DNA from: a virus | Lineage: Duplodnaviria > Heunggongvirae > Uroviricota > Caudoviricetes | IMG/VR virus record: IMGVR_UViG_3300024270_000054 | Direction: 5' to 3' (one strand) | DNA length: 64,000 nt | In this document: positions 63,997 through 64,000 of the stretch, piece after piece | How the letters are laid out: the number at the start of each line of letters is the position of its first letter | How positions within the stretch are numbered: position 1 is the first letter of the stretch | The notes under the pieces: generated by a model | Seen by the model: only the letters and a program-made list of their open reading frames with translations | The model's database searches: none | What the model was told of the DNA's origin: nothing | Program-made: the position numbers and the translations under genes

Positions 63997-64000
63997 TTCG

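Noticed and set aside
1-64000. CRISPR array
   Set aside because: The recurring 20-nt motif is dispersed over 56 kb in intergenic positions with irregular spacing. No short regularly spaced repeats with unique spacers were seen.

Overview
This window reads as a contiguous, almost entirely plus-strand segment of a large temperate phage or prophage. Genes are densely packed and many are translationally coupled, and the only minus-strand gene is the last one. No capsid, terminase, portal or tail genes are visible, so this is a non-structural region of a bigger (possibly jumbo) genome. From left to right the window contains: (1) a complete diversity-generating retroelement (target-gene C-terminus with variable repeat, Avd-like accessory ORF, template repeat, DGR reverse transcriptase); (2) at least 14 tRNA genes in three clusters, plus several tRNA-derived fragments and a ~570-nt non-coding gap; (3) a block of small genes for domains of unknown function (calcineurin-like phosphoesterase, DUF2493/SLOG, ASCH, DUF488, DUF2829, YqeY, AAA ATPase); (4) a PAPS-reductase-like gene followed by a spermidine-synthase-fold gene; (5) a compact NAD+ operon (PncA-like nicotinamidase, Prs/Adps-like phosphoribosyl-pyrophosphokinase, NAMPT-family phosphoribosyltransferase, macro domain, NadE, Pol-beta-type nucleotidyltransferase); (6) a DNA methyltransferase followed by an RNA-repair toolkit (Rnl2-like RNA ligase, T4-Pnk-like kinase fused to an HD phosphoesterase, Thg1-like 3'-5' tRNA nucleotidyltransferase); (7) a recombination/replication module (Rad52/Sak-like annealase, SSB, HD hydrolase, DnaB, DnaG, Cas4-like nuclease, DnaE-type Pol III alpha); (8) a nucleotide-metabolism module (ThyX-like, guanylate kinase, NDT-like, NrdD/NrdG, N6A methyltransferase, dUTPase, NADAR); and (9) an Xis-like ORF, a tyrosine integrase and a repeat-rich att-like region at the right end, followed by a partial minus-strand FN3-repeat surface protein. 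A conserved ~20-nt motif (AAGCAGAAAAAGTAT), often fused to a sigma70-like TTGACA-17-TATAAT promoter, recurs at least 15 times. The standouts are the NAD+ reconstitution/salvage operon together with two ADP-ribose-processing domains (a likely counter-defence system), the phage-borne tRNA repair kit that includes a Thg1-like enzyme, and the DGR. All calls are made by eye from motifs and should be confirmed with HMM/structure searches and tRNAscan-SE/Infernal.
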